This document shows, piece by piece, positions 47,001 to 61,730 of a stretch of DNA of 64,000 nucleotides; positions within the stretch are counted from its first letter, which is position 1, and each line of letters starts with the position of its first letter. The notes beneath the pieces were generated by a model, which ran no database searches, had not been told where the DNA came from, and saw only the letters and a list, made by a program, of their open reading frames with translations. Origin of the DNA: the human T2T-CHM13v2.0 reference genome, Homo sapiens; assembly GCF_009914755.1 (NCBI RefSeq), contig NC_060931.1, one strand, 5' to 3'. The translations under genes and the position numbers were made by a program.

Positions 47001-47519
47001 TTACATGACACTCCTGTATTATGACTTCTGAATATGGACATTACATTTTATGACCTCATTAATTGTGTAAACAGAAAAGTTGTTTCTGAAAGTGATCTAC
47101 CCTCAGATTCCCAATTGGCCATGCAGGCCCAGGCAGACTTGCTTACTGGAGTTAATGACAACCAGCTGCTGGCACATGGGTCAGAGAGAAGAACTGAACA
47201 CTTCATCTGTGTGAACAGTGTGTGACACTCCGCTTACAGGAGACCCCAAATCACCCATATCTTAGTCTGAATCACTTTTAGTTTGGACATTTGGCATCTT
47301 CTTGTGGCCCCCTAAAAACTAAATTAGAATAAGAGAGATCTACTCTCAGAAAGCAGAGAGACTTTTCCAAACCTTGTCTAGGGTAGGCTTTGTATAGGAA
47401 AAGAATAAAAAATGACTTCCAGAAATAGGAGGGTCATAATCAACCAAAACTCTAAATCCAGAATCAGTAAGACACTGATACATTTAACTAAAATAATAAG
47501 AGATATATATTTATGGTAA

Positions 47520-48530
<1,011 letters not shown>

Positions 48531-48552
48531 TCAAAAACAATAATAATAATAA

Positions 48553-48785
48553 TTATTATTTTTGAGACGGGTCTCACTCTGTCACCCAGGCTGGAGTGCA
48601 GTGGTGTGATCTTGGCTCACTACGGCCTTGACCTCCCTGGGCTCAGGTGTCTCTCCCACCTCAGTCTCCTGAGTAGCTGGGACTACAGGCGCACAGGCTG
48701 GTCTCGAACTCCTGGGCTCAAGCAATCTACCCGCCTCGGCCTCTTGAACTGTTGGGATTACAGGTGTGAGTCACTGCACCCAGCG
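48553..48785 (-). mobile_element. AluJ with deleted central linker
   Basis: ggactacaggcgca joined directly to caggctggtctcg. Confidence 0.88.
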
Positions 48786-49449
48786 CAAAAATAAATTTTA
48801 ATTTAAAAAGGAAAAAGTAAGGCACATTCCCAGGAAATTACTTTGCTAGGTCTGACTCACAAGGCAGTTTCGTGGACTGATAATACCTTTCTCCTCTATC
48901 TTGTACCAAACTCATTTAAAAACGACCTTTGCATGCTTCACAAAACAAAAGAACCAAAAGAGACATTGTTGGTTCTCCATAAAATAGACACAAGCCAGAC
49001 CTCTCAGGCGAACAGAAGGTGCAGCCAGCTACCAGTAACACTGCCTAAAGTCCCAGCACTGGCTCTGGCAAGCCCAAACTGTATGGGCACTGTGGTCCCT
49101 CTCCACCATGCAGGCCACCTTCCCCCAATATGTGGCTGTGTGGTTTGGAGAACACTGACCCCTTCCTCTCAGTTCCAATCCCATCCCACCTCCCCAAGCC
49201 TAAAATAACACCAGAGGTTGAGATAGGGTCTGATCAGTACAAAGCACAAGAATTTCCCCTCATCTGCTATAGGAGGTTTCTCTCCTCCCTTCTAGGGGCT
49301 CACAGGCCACAGGCTAACCTGGTGGCTCCTGGCAGCCATCTTGGGACTGAAAGAAACTCACCCTGACGAAGCTCGCCCATTAGTGACTGCAATATCTGTT
49401 TTTAGAGTTTTGGTATTCCGTGATATTCAAATACTAAAATACATGAGTT

Positions 49450-49455
49450 TTTATT
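49450..49455 (-). terminator. PARP12: Candidate intronic polyadenylation signal in PARP12
   Basis: AATAAA on - strand ~375 nt into the intron after the 49828-49924 exon, in AU-rich context. Use is not demonstrated. Confidence 0.4.
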
Positions 49456-49827
49456 GGTGTAATTCCATCATTATTTCATTATTTCAACATTTAAAAAATT
49501 CAAGTCTATGACTCAATGATTCCACAGAAAAGACAAACGGATGGGTTGGCTTCAAGTCTAGACTCGCCTTCAGAGTCTGTCTTCTCCAGAGAATCATCGC
49601 AGATCACAACAGGCAGCCTTCTAATTATGCATCACGAAGCTTCTACCCACAGGGTAATTCCCACTCTGGTCCAACTAGTAGAAGACAAACGATAACAGAG
49701 TGTGGGAGCACTTCGTTGTACAAGCCAACGGTGCCCGGGTGCTGTCTGAGGCAGGTTTTCTGTCACCACTGCAGAGCACACCCCAGCTGATTACATCCTA
49801 AGTACCAAGCCCCCCACTGCAACCTAC

Positions 49828-49924
49828 CAGGTTTGCATGGTCGTCACATCCTGGGGAGACACGTATTTGGGTCTGCGGCAAACCTTTTTAGTTGTGCCAT
49901 AGACCAGGTTTTTCTGAACGAAGG
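49828..49924 (-). CDS. PARP12: PARP12 exon ending the second WWE domain, 97 bp
   Basis: ttttcAG|CC TTC...ACC TG|GTaggt. Encodes (A)FVQKNLVYGTTKKVCRRPKYVSPQDVTTMQT, with the WWE-terminal Q-x-N...R-R-P pattern. Absent from the ORF track. Confidence 0.95.
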
Positions 49925-50539
49925 CTGAAAAAAAACATAACCAGTGAAAAAATATACATATACATATACATACACACAGGATGGCAATGTTTTATAAACA
50001 CAAATTAGATAGATTTGAAAGCTTATCCAAATGTGTAAAACCCAGAATCAGTCTGTTAAAAATAGGGCCATTTTACACATTTCAAATATTCATAAAGAAA
50101 ATAGGTATCCTTAGGAGACTGGGTTTAATGAATAGAGGAATGATTAGTAATTGACATATCAATTACACATGAGTGCTTTTAAATTGTTCCTTCCAATCTT
50201 GTTTAAACCATTATTTTGCTTGGCAATTTTTCCCAGCTTGGATATAAAAAAGCCTCAGCCCAGCCTGAGATCAAACTACCATGTCTTGAGTTAGTGGGAT
50301 TCAGAGTTAATGTAAGTTTTATGACTTTGTTTTAGTTAAACTATGGCAGTATTCATCAACCTTTCTAAACCAATAATATCTTTAATAAACAAATTTCTTG
50401 CTTCCCCACCCTCAAGAATCCCATACTCATCCTGAGGATTTGGGGTTGGGGGAACTGGCCCCTCAAGTTGAAAAATGACAAATACCTAGCAGTGTTTGTT
50501 CTGTCCTTGCCTGCCAGGAAAACCCTCTCAAGTCTTACA

Positions 50540-50672
50540 TTTTTTTTAAGAGATGGGGTCTTTTGCTTTGTTGCTCAAGTGGACCTTGAACTCACCAGCT
50601 CAAGTAATCCTCCCACCTCAGCCTCCCAAGTAGCTGGGACTACAGGTTTGTGACACCATGCCCAACTAATTT
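50540..50672 (-). mobile_element. FLAM-A-like Alu monomer
   Basis: gagatggggtc...ctcaagtaatcctcccacctcagcctcccaagtagctgggactacagg. Confidence 0.8.
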
Positions 50673-51424
50673 TGTTTTCATTTACAAAACATTTTAATAT
50701 TAAAAATTATAGGTGTCCAGAATTAGCCTTATTGCAGTTGAGCATAAACTGGATGGTTATCCAAGTGTGTGTCTCTTAGGTTGCAGCTGAGATGGTCACT
50801 ATTCCTGGAGGTCCATCCACATTCTCATTCAGAGCCCATGATCCAGATGCAGCAACCATGACCCCTTCTGTTACCCACTACTCAGCCGCCCATCAAGACC
50901 ATTCTCACTGGCATATTTAAATGGGTGTTACTGGCCTACTGGCCATCTGTGATGAATCTTAAATGGCTTTCACTGGTGAAATTAAAAGTGAGCTAAGATA
51001 CGTGGACTGGCTAAATGTGTGTCAGACACATTCCCTACCCTTCTATGGACACAGTAAAGTGAGGTCTTTTCCCTAATTTACCCTTCCAGAGGATACCCTA
51101 GGCTACAGCCTGTCTTTGGGGAATTCTGCCCCGTCAGACACCACCTAACAGGATGCTAGAATTCTGCCTCTGGAATCCTGGCATTTGCCTTGAGTGAATC
51201 ATTTATGACAAGAGTCCCTAAAAGGGCAGAACTGAATCATCCCTAAACCTTCAGAACAACTCATTTGGGCTCTTTTGTGTGTTTTAAATGTACTTGCTTC
51301 CTAATAAACAGCTAATAAATATGTGTGGCAGTTTGCTTTGAGACTTGCTTTATACTTAGAAGTGAAGTTGTGGGGGAAGAAGCCAATTCATCTCAAGCTT
51401 CTTTTATGGATACTGGTATCTACC

Positions 51425-51677
51425 AAAAGAAGGAGGAGGAAGAGGAGGAGGAGGGGGAAGAGGAAGAGGAGGAGGAAGAGGAAGAGGAGGAGGACGAGGA
51501 GGAGGACAAGGAGGAGGACAAGGAGGAGGAGGAGGAGGAGGAGGACGAGGAGGAGGAGGAGGACGAGGAGGAGGAGGAGGAGGAGGAGGAGGAGAAGGAG
51601 GAGAAGGAGGAGAAGGAGGAGAAGGAGGAGAAGGAGGAGAAGGAGGAGAAGGAGGAGAAGGAGGAGAAGGAGAAGAA
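51425..51677. repeat. (GAG)n purine tract ending in (GAGGAGAAG)9
   Basis: Read directly; ~250 bp with only five C residues. Confidence 0.96.
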
Positions 51678-52624
51678 TTGTGCCCACTCAAATGGGCTTC
51701 GGTCAGTCTGCAGGAATCATAAACTGCACGTGTGTGCTCTTCCCCATCCCTATTATGAGGTTCTGTTATGTCCCCAGGGTGTGGCCTAGGTTGGGAATGA
51801 TCAAGGTAGTATCTGACATTTCTATCTGTTTTGATATTTTCCAGATATTTAAAAGAAATATTCCAGATTGCTGTCAGCAGCAGTCAGATGTATGCTTGCC
51901 ACACAGTCCTGACCTTCAGGGCAGTCCTGATTTGATTAACGTCTATGCTCTCACTGGTCCCCTCTCATGCACTGGTGTGTGTCAGGCCGTGGAAAGCAAA
52001 CCAGACCACACGTGGCTGGCGCTCTCCAGCAGAGGCAGTTCGCACTCTAGAGGAGAAAAACTTCACCGTAAAGGGCATGTCAAGGGGGTAGTGATCTACC
52101 CTAAGCAAAACCACAAGTGCCACGAAACCACAAGCAAAACCAAGGCCAGAAACAGACAGCCAAAGTGGTTTTAGGATAATTCACCAGACACTTCACTATA
52201 CTCCACATAGAATAAACGTCTGCAAAAATAAAGAAAACCATAAACTGTGTTTAAAGGAAGGCCCACTTACTCCCTTATAAAATGCTGAACATTCAGAAGG
52301 ACTCAGAGTTTAAAATGTGAAATACAGGCAAAACGGAACTGAATAAAGCTGGACCGATACACTCATGAGGAAATGGCTTAAGAGAAACTACACAAAATTA
52401 AAACTTAAAAAAAAAAAAATTCTCACACATCAGCCACTTGGAGGAACTGGCCAAAGGGTGGCCTATTTCTCTCTGTAAGGCAACCAGGATGAAACATTTC
52501 AGCCCCAGCCTCAGGACACCATGAGTGCACGAAAATCTGCTTCTCAGGGACTTTCAATTACTCTGTGTCCTACCATCCGTTAAACCCATCAACTCCAAAG
52601 TCGCCTACAGAAAAGATGGCAGCA

Positions 52625-52993
<369 letters not shown>

Positions 52994-53298
52994 TCAGGTT
53001 AGTCCTCGGATACAGCAGGACAACCATGCTACATGCATGCTGACCCTGCTTGTCCTCCACACTTGGGGCTCCTGCCCCTCCTGGGGTCCATTCTCCTCAC
53101 ATCCTTGATGCAGTTCTTCCTCCACTGCACAGGGCCAGTGTCATCTGTCTCCAGGTCTACCTTGGACCTGGTACCTTGCTTTTCTTTCCTGTACCCACCC
53201 AGGCCCTCAGTATGTGCACACGGCTCCTCCAGGGTTAAGGTGTAGGGACAGAGCCAACACAGGCAGGCTCTGCTGGGCGAGGGCAGGGCACAGGATAC

Positions 53299-53440
53299 CT
53301 TTGAAATCTAACTCGTAGTTGTGCTTTCCGGCCTGGAACTTCAAGGTGGCTGCCTGGCCGTCAGACCCCGGTGTACAGTAGGCCAGGTAGGCCTTCTCCA
53401 CGTCGCTACTGCTGACAGTGGTCACAGGGTGCACCGTGCC
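53299..53440 (-). CDS. PARP12: PARP12 WWE2 exon, 142 bp
   Basis: tcgcAG|GGC ACG...AAA G|GTatcc. Encodes GTVHPVTTVSSSDVEKAYLAYCTPGSDGQAATLKFQAGKHNYELDFK. Confidence 0.95.
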
Positions 53441-56365
53441 CTGCGATGGAAAGCCAGACACTTTATGAAGGCAAGAAACTGCGTGATGAGGAAAAACGCT
53501 GGTGGCACCCACGCCACATTTCAGAGGTGCTCCTGGTGGACAGTCCTGTGGTGGGGAAGATGGAGGCCAGGGAGCATGGTATGGCAGGAGAGAGAGGCAC
53601 AGAATGGAGGCAACATGACTGTCTCCTGAAGCTGCCCTAGCAAACACAATGCAGTAAATATGGGTCCTGCTGAGCAGGAAGACAGGGATGGGAGCAACGG
53701 AGAGGAGGGCACTCAAGTCACCTAGGACAGAGGACACGGCAGCCATTCAAATGCCGGCAGAACAGCAACAGCGACTTCTGGAGTGCTGCTTGACTGGGCA
53801 GCCCAAGCCAGGCTGGTCTTACCCGTCTATTCACGTTGCAACCATCCTTTAATCAGAGCTCGGTCCTCTTCCTTGCGGTTTTCTTTTTCTGGTCCCTAGG
53901 AGCATTCATCTATTTTTTAAATTATCCATTTCAATCCCTATCCTTCCACAATTACCTACAGGAAATCTCGTAGCTTCAGCTGGAGTGAGTTTGAATTCTG
54001 GCTCCCAAACCTGCTGGCTCTATAACTTTGGCAAGTTATCTTAACCTCCCTGAGCCTCCGTTATCTCAAGCTTATAATATGAATAATAGTACTTAGGCCA
54101 TATTCATCCCTTTATACAACAGGACTATATTGTCCTCACAGGGCTGGAGAAATCATTTAAATAAGGCATGTGGAGCACTTAGTACAGTGCCCAGAACAAA
54201 ACATACTCAATAAATGTTACTATTATCATCACCGTTCTTATTAAATTTGAGATTACACTGACAACTAAAATTAAAGTTATTCAACCTATAACCAACTAAC
54301 TCCCTCTGTCCCTGTCAATTTTCCTGCTCCCCCTACTGCTACCATCCTAGTTCTCCTGGGTCACAAGCTTTAGGTGTTACTAACAGAACAAAAGTGAGAC
54401 AAGACAAGAGTCACCCATGCCTCTGCGCAACTGAGTCCAGCAATGGAGAAGGGGAAAAAAAAGTACCCAGATATTTCAAAGCCTCAAGCACAAGGTCCCA
54501 CACAGGTCTCACGGGTGCTCTAGACGCTGAGATGGGTAACTAAGAATGACCAAGGAAGGGTGAGACCCAGCAAAGGTTTCTTGGAAGAAAAAGATGCCTG
54601 AGCCAAGGCCCAAGCCCGAGGGATGACATGAGTTGGCCCCATGAGGACCATAAGGGGCGGGTGTAAGAGGTATAATGGTTTGTAAAGCAGCCTCCTAGTT
54701 TACGGTCTCATAGCGGCGCCTAAGTTTCTCTCTCTGAAGTCTGTCTTCCTTCAAAACCAAGCCATTAGACTAGAGTCCGGGAGGAAGAGGATGTGGCATA
54801 AAAATCCCTTTCTGACAACAAGAGGAAAGGAAAAGAAAACAATCCCTCCCCTTTGGGCCTGAGGAAATGAAGCTCTGAGTCAGGGAAACAGAGAGGAGAA
54901 GCAGCAGTCAGATGCAGGCGTCCTGCCCCGACCCAGGCCTCCAGTCAAAATCCCTGCAGATGGATGGTCACAGAGGGAGGGAAGATGCAGGTGGATGAGC
55001 AGAAAGCAAAAAGCAAAGAGTTTTTTTGCCCTCAGTGGGAGGTTTGGAAGGAGAAACCAACAATGGCAGCCATATTATGTGTTAAGCTGAGAAAGGTCTC
55101 GGTTTAGCACCTGGAGGCACCAAGTGAGATGTGGAAGGAATGACAGATTCCCACATGTCCTGTGGCAGGACCAGCAGGTGTCTGATTTTGACATGAAATG
55201 TTGGAGTACTTCTTGAGCTCAGACAGAAAAAACTTAGCTTTTCTGGGAATCAAGAGAAAACTGTTTTGAAGTGGCAATTAACAGAAAACTAAAAAAGAAA
55301 CCTAAATGTGGGGTTATACCAGAAACGTGTAGGAAAGGGAGGACAAGACAAACCAGATCATCCTAGGCTGTCCAGCCTGAAGCCACCAAGCCTACATGTG
55401 TTTCTACGCCCCCACTAGCACGTGGCATATCAATAACATCCACACGCGGTTCATCCCCAGACATTCTCAAACTGCTCGCCATGAGTTTCTGCACTGCCAC
55501 AGAGGAAGAGGAGCACAGGAAAGAAAGGGGCACGCTCCAGGTGTTGGCTGACTGGAGGAGACCGGCCCCAACAACCAGAGCTGTGATGAGACACCACCGG
55601 GGAACCCTACTTTTGCATGGGTTGCCCAGAGCCCTGTGTCATCTCATTCAGCAACCAGCGGTCTCCTCCGAGAAGCCGGACAGATCCCCAAACAGAATGA
55701 ACGTGATGGTCACATCTGCTAAGTGTGTTGCGCCTGCCATCTGTCCCTCCATCTCCAGGAGAGCCGGGATTCCCGGAGCATGATTGGGCAGTCATCCTCT
55801 CCCCCTCCTCCATGTCACGCCAGCCTCTTCCCCTCACGCTCCTGACCAAACCCAGAGAGCTTATCTGGATGAGTCCCACAGGGCAGGTCAGAGAGAGTCC
55901 CAGGTCGCCCACGACGGGAGGGAGACAGGTGGGAAAGGCAGGCAGGGCAGAGCAGCAAGCAAGGAGAGGCTGGTGCTGGCAAGAGGGGAGCAGGGGAGGA
56001 GAGGGGAAAGGAAGTAGTGCAAGGCAGCAAGGCCATCGCTGAGAGTGACCATCTCCAGCTGACCAACAGACACTGTCAGTAACACCCTCCTCCTTCCATC
56101 AGCCAATGTCTATTTCCTGAGGACTGGCTATGCATCATTCCACACACGGGATACGATGGGGCAAAAGAAAAGACAAAAGTCCCTGCCCTCATGGAGCTTA
56201 CATTAGAGCATCACCAGAGTTAAAGGGCATTCTGAGTGCAGTTAAGAATAAGAAACTAAAGCTTCAATATAGCCTCTTGAAACCCAGAAGAGTACAAAAT
56301 ACCTATCGATTTTCATTTTGGAGGGTGAGTTCTTTATCAATGGTGCCTTCCCTAAACTTGTACTT

Positions 56366-56667
<302 letters not shown>

Positions 56668-57227
56668 TAAGTGACCAGGGGACTCCCTTTAATCTGACCC
56701 ATCCACAAACACCTGCGAAGAATTGACAGCAACTATTTTTTGTTATTTGGCTTGGATTCCAAACCTATACATGATATAAATCAATTTTCTTATATTTGCC
56801 TACCTTCTGTAAAGTTGCAGAAATGGCAGACAACCAGTTTGAAAAGCCTTTACCTCTATATCACAGCTACACAAACACACTTGCACACATAGGCACCAGC
56901 TGTGGGGTTAAGTTACCTGTTCAACAAGAGAAACATCTTTCTATCCCATTTAATAAAACCAATGAAGAAACTTGATCTCACTACAAATTTGTCATTCAGT
57001 TCTCATGAGCCAACAGATGGAAGCTCTTCAAAGATGAAAGCTCATACAAATAAATTCCAACTTATCTAGTTTTGCCATAATTCTCCCAAAGCAAGTGAGC
57101 CACACTGGCACCTGGGGATCCTCAGCTCTCTCAAGGATGCCCCTGGCAACAATATGGGGGCTCTTATTTGGCTCCTCTCTTACAGATCCTCAGGACAAAA
57201 CATTCACCCTCTTTCCATCACACTTAC

Positions 57228-57423
57228 CTGTCTTCCATATTCCTGCCAAGAACCAAACTCATCACTCCAGTACCAAATCCAGTCAGTGGTGAGGATGAAG
57301 TGTGGAGGTTTGGTGACAGAGGAGGCCGTGGAGAGGCGGCGAGCCTGGGTAGCACCGTAAGTCATGGCGTTAAAGTTCAGACAATGAGAGTGAAAGGTAC
57401 TGGCTGACTCAGAGCACAGGATC
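57228..57423 (-). CDS. PARP12: PARP12 WWE1/WWE2 exon, 196 bp
   Basis: ctgtAG|G ATC...AGA CAG|GTaagt. Encodes ILCSESASTFHSHCLNFNAMTYGATQARRLSTASSVTKPPHFILTTDWIWYWSDEFGSWQEYGRQ. Confidence 0.96.
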
Positions 57424-57744
57424 CTACAGAAGAAAAACAGCAGCAGACTGAAAATCCCACCAGCCAAGCAGACACAGGTCCCTCAGCTTGAGAACATATA
57501 GCTGGGAGATGCGAATAGTAAATGTGGCATGCACATTTTAGAAAAAGTTCCCAGAGGTAGAGGAAACTGCTTTTTCAGATCAGTTTTGAGGTATAAAAAT
57601 ATCAAAATCAAGATAATGTGGGAGACTAGTTATGACGAAAATTCCTCTCAGTACAAAATGCCGAAGATGCTGGTGAAATCATTCTTTTTTAAAATTCACT
57701 GCTGAGCTGGCAAGAAAGGGAAGTCCTCAGAAGCCAAAAATAAC

Positions 57745-57950
57745 AATAGTTAACATATACTGAGTGTTTACTGTGTGAGCCAGACCCTGCATTAAGCACT
57801 TTATATGTATTAGGCGATGACATTTTCACAACCCTATGAGGTTGAGACTATTATCTCCACTTCACAGACGGGAAAACAGAAGCTCAGGAAGGTGAAGAAA
57901 CCTGTTCAAGGTCAAACAGCTAGTCAGCGGGCGAGCTGGGCTTTCAGGTG
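57745..57950 (-). mobile_element. MIR
   Basis: caaccctatgagg...ttattatctccacttcacagacgggaaaacagaagctcag...caaggtcaaacagctagt. Confidence 0.8.
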
Positions 57951-58497
57951 GGCAGGTGGGCTGCACAGCCTGCACCTGAGCCACCAGGACACGCTCCCTT
58001 TCTAAACGCAGTACTGCCTAAAGACCAAAGGAAGGTACGAAACTGGAGAGCGGAGAGGAGGGCGAGAGCCAGCAGCTATCCCAGGGCAGTATCGATGAGT
58101 AACGACAGAGAGCCTGGGCTTTGGCCGCAAAAGGGAAGCAGGAAACAAATGTAGGGTCTGAGTACGGCAGGAGGCTGAATCTCAAAAGAGATACCTCTGC
58201 GTAAAACCAGGACCCTAAAAGATGACCCACCTTAGTAAAGGGGGACTGGAGAGGGGACTTGCCTTGCAAAGACATCTGGCAAGGAAACCTGCCTGTATTA
58301 ATGTTGGTTCTGGATAAAGGAGGAAAAAATTCCTCTGAGAACTCATAAACCACTCAAGCCTCACAGAAGTTTTAGACTGATTCACATTTTGGGAGAATTA
58401 GCTGCAAAGACCACCCAGGGTAGCAGTTCTCAGAGAAGCAAACACACATCCCCTCTGGAGAAATTCACCTTCAACTCAGGCCTCAAAAGAATTTCTT

Positions 58498-58786
58498 GGC
58501 CGGGCATGGTGGCTCACGCCTGTAATCCCAGCACTTTGGGAGGCCAAGGCAGGTGGATCATGAGGTCAGGAGATCGAGACCATCCTGGCTAACACAGTGA
58601 AACCCCGTCTCTACTAAAAATACAAAAACTAGCCGGGAGTGGTGGCGGGCACCTGTAGTCCCAGCTACTCAGGAGGCTGAGGCAGGAGAATGGCATGAAC
58701 CCAGGAGGCGGAGCTTGCAGTGAGCTGAGACCGCACCACTGCGCTCCAACTTGGGCGACAGAGTGAGACTCCATCTCAAAAAAAAA
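58498..58786 (+). mobile_element. AluY
   Basis: gagatcgagaccatcctggctaac and ggcggagcttgcag diagnostics; TSD aaaagaatttc. Confidence 0.95.
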
Positions 58787-59039
58787 GAATTTCCAAAGAA
58801 ATTTCCATCAAATCAAACATGAGCTCAAAATCGATCACAAAATGTGGAAACAAAGACACTATGAGCAAAAGTTAACAAAAACAAAATCAGACCACCCTGA
58901 ACTATAAACATTAGTATTCTCAGATGCAGATATACGTGATATGTTTTTTAAAAAGGAATTGAGCATCAAAAGTATGAGTAAGAATCAAGAGACTATAAAA
59001 ACTGACTGGGTAAATTTAAGGAAAAAAACAGAACTTTTA

Positions 59040-59415
59040 CTATTCATTATTCTTTTCTTTCTCCTCCACTCCCTCCAAAACTTTTTTTCTTTTCCTTTTT
59101 TACTACTTTTTTTTAATTTTTTATTTTTTGAGACAGAGTCTCACCCTGTCACCCAGGCTGGAGTGCAGTGGCATCATCTCAGCTCATCGTGATCTCCGCC
59201 TCCCGGATTCAAGCGATTCTCCTGTCTCACCCTCCCGAGGAGTAGCTGGGATTACAGGCATGCACCACCACGCCCAGCTAATTTTTGTATTTTTTTGTGC
59301 AGACAGAGTTTCACCATGTTGGCCAGGCTGGTCTTGAACTCCTGGCCTCAAGCCATCCGCCCTCCTCAGCCTCCCAAAGTGCTGGGATTACACGCGTGAG
59401 CCACTGCTCCCGACC
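59040..59415 (-). mobile_element. Alu (S/Jb) with long degenerate tail
   Basis: Reverse dimer; TSD agaactttta at 59030-59039 and 59418-59427. Confidence 0.92.
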
Positions 59416-59785
59416 TTAGAACTTTTAAACATAATTAAATTAACTGAAATTTAAAAATCATACTTCGATGGGACACACTGCATCTCAGAAGAGTCTGAAC
59501 TAATGAACTGAGAGCCTGAGAGGAAGAAATGTGGCAGAGTTTAGAAAGAGAATAAAAGAGAAGTTAGAAGACATAAAAGATAAAGTGAGAAGACTTCACC
59601 ATATATCTAATGAGAATTCCAGAGAAGGAATACTTAAGGAGATCATGGCTGAGGAAATCAGAAAGCACAGCAAAATATGAGTAGCATAAATTTTTTTAAA
59701 TCCACACACAGATTTTAGTGAAACTGCACAGCACCAAAGAATGACAAGATATTAAAAACAGCCAGAGAGAAAAAAACAGACTATC

Positions 59786-60242
59786 TATTATACTGGATTG
59801 AATTGTGTCCCCAAGAAGATATGCTGAAGGTCTAATCCCTGGTACCCATGAATGCGATCTTATTTGGAAATAGGGTCTTTGCAGATATAATCAAGTTAAG
59901 ATGAGGTCATATTGGATTCGGGTGGGCCCTAATCCAAAACTGATGTCCTTTTAAGACGAGGGAAATTTGAACACAGACACATGGGGAAATGCCTGTGACA
60001 ATGGAGGCTGAGATTGGAGTGACGCGTCTACAAGCCAAGGCATGCCAAGGATTTCTAAGCATCAGAATCCTGGAGGAGGCAAGAAAGGATCCTCCTGTAA
60101 AGCCTTCAGACAGAGCAAGGCCCTGCTAACACCTTCAGTTTGGACTTCTAGCCTCCAGAACCGAGAAAATAAATTTCTGTTGTTTGAAGCCATCAAGTTC
60201 ATGGTAATTTGTTACAGCAGCCCTAAGAAGTGAACTAATACC
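59786..60242 (+). mobile_element. MaLR solo LTR (MLT1B/C-like) within old L1-like sequence
   Basis: ttatttggaaatagggtctttgcagat...aagatgaggtcat...ggacttctagcctccagaac...gtaatttgttacagcagcc. Confidence 0.88.
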
Positions 60243-60607
60243 ACCTCGATTTAGGCTGATAGCTAACTTCTAAGTAGAAGCAATGGAATCCAGACAACAA
60301 TGAAATAGTCTTTGAAGAACTGAGGGAAAATACCCAGTAAAACTATCTTTCAAGAATGAGAAGGGAATAAAAACCCTTTCAGACTAACAAAATACACAAT
60401 TACCTCCAGACTCTCATTAAAGCAACCTCCAACAGAGGAACTTAAAGAAAGAAAATGATAAACAAGGAGAAGTGTGAGCAAAGGAATGGTGAGTAAGAAA
60501 CAAAATGGTAATTGTGTAAGCTTAAACAAATACTGACTGCCTAAAACAATACGAATTTCTAACCTCTAGGATTAAAAATATTATATCAGCAATACATACA
60601 GTGCATC

Positions 60608-60916
60608 TTTTTCTTTTTTTTTTTTTTAATAGAGACAAGATCTAGCTCTGTCACCCAGACTGGAGTGTAGTGACACAATCATAGCTCACTGCAGCATCAA
60701 ACTCCTGGGCTCAAATGGTGCTCCCTCTGCAGCTTCCTGAGTAGCTGGGACTACAGGCACGCGCCACCATGCTCAGCTAATTTTTTTAAAAATTTTTGTA
60801 GAGACAAGGTCTCTTTATGTTGCCCAGGCTAGTTGTGTATTCCCAGCCTCTAGCAATCCTCCCACTTCAGCCTCCCAAAGCACTGGGATAACAGGTATGA
60901 GCTGCTGCGCTCGACC
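60608..60916 (-). mobile_element. AluJ
   Basis: atcatagctcactgcagc...aactcctgggctca diagnostics. Confidence 0.92.
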
Positions 60917-61469
60917 CACATCTTATGTGCCTGGCAGTGATCTGAGTGTTTTATGCATATTAACTCATTTAATTCTCAAAATAACCTTGTGACGTAGAAA
61001 CTATTATTTTGTCTACCTAACATATAGTAAAGCTGAGGTAAAATGAGATTAAGTAATCTGGCCAAATTTATATAATTAGTAAATAAGTTTGAATGAAACT
61101 AGTCAGAATTCAAGTGTCCAAGGTTCTTTCATTGTTTGACAGAATGACAAAAGGCACTGATTGGCTTAAGCTCAGCTAAAAGTCTGTTAAGATAAAGAGT
61201 CTGTTTAGATTTCCAGAGCAGCCACTGAAAAAATAAAAATTCAGTATATAACGTCCAAACTAGTAAAGGGAAAAAACCAAGTGAGGAAAAAAATCTACAA
61301 GAAGATCAAAAAGAGAAAAGAAATATACAAAAAGTGGGTCACAGTGACAATTATAATGAGTGGCAGAAATAAATCCAGATCCACGTTATTGGCCACCTGT
61401 GCTTCCTCTGCCGGGAAGTGTCTGACCTTGTAGTTTGCCCATTTGGAGGGTGAAGAATTTGAGTGAAAG

Positions 61470-61730
61470 AGGCCAGACACAACAGTACATACCACACGGT
61501 TCTATTTATATGAGGTTCAAGAACAGGCAAGACAGAGATCTATGGTGACAGAGGTCAGAACGGTGGTGAACGATGGGAGTAGGCACTGACTGGAAGGAGA
61601 TGGGGTGAGGAAAATGATCCGTATCTCAATCAGAATGCTGGCTACACAAGTGTATGTATTTGTCAAAACTCACTGAACTGTATGCTTAATATCTAGGCTC
61701 TTCGCTGTGTGTAAATTTTGCCTCAAAAAG
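61470..61730 (+). mobile_element. L1ME-like 3' end
   Basis: ttctatttatatgaggttcaagaacaggcaa...tttgtcaaaactcactgaactgt. Confidence 0.75.

Noticed and set aside
50700-51425. Possible old LTR with two AATAAA on the + strand
   Set aside because: LTR-like in texture, but I could not define termini, TSD or family, so it is not reported as a feature.
51323-52174. 283-aa poly-Arg ORF and overlapping poly-Glu, poly-Leu and poly-Pro ORFs
   Set aside because: Translations of the (GAG)n microsatellite; non-ATG starts and no recognisable domain in the flanks.
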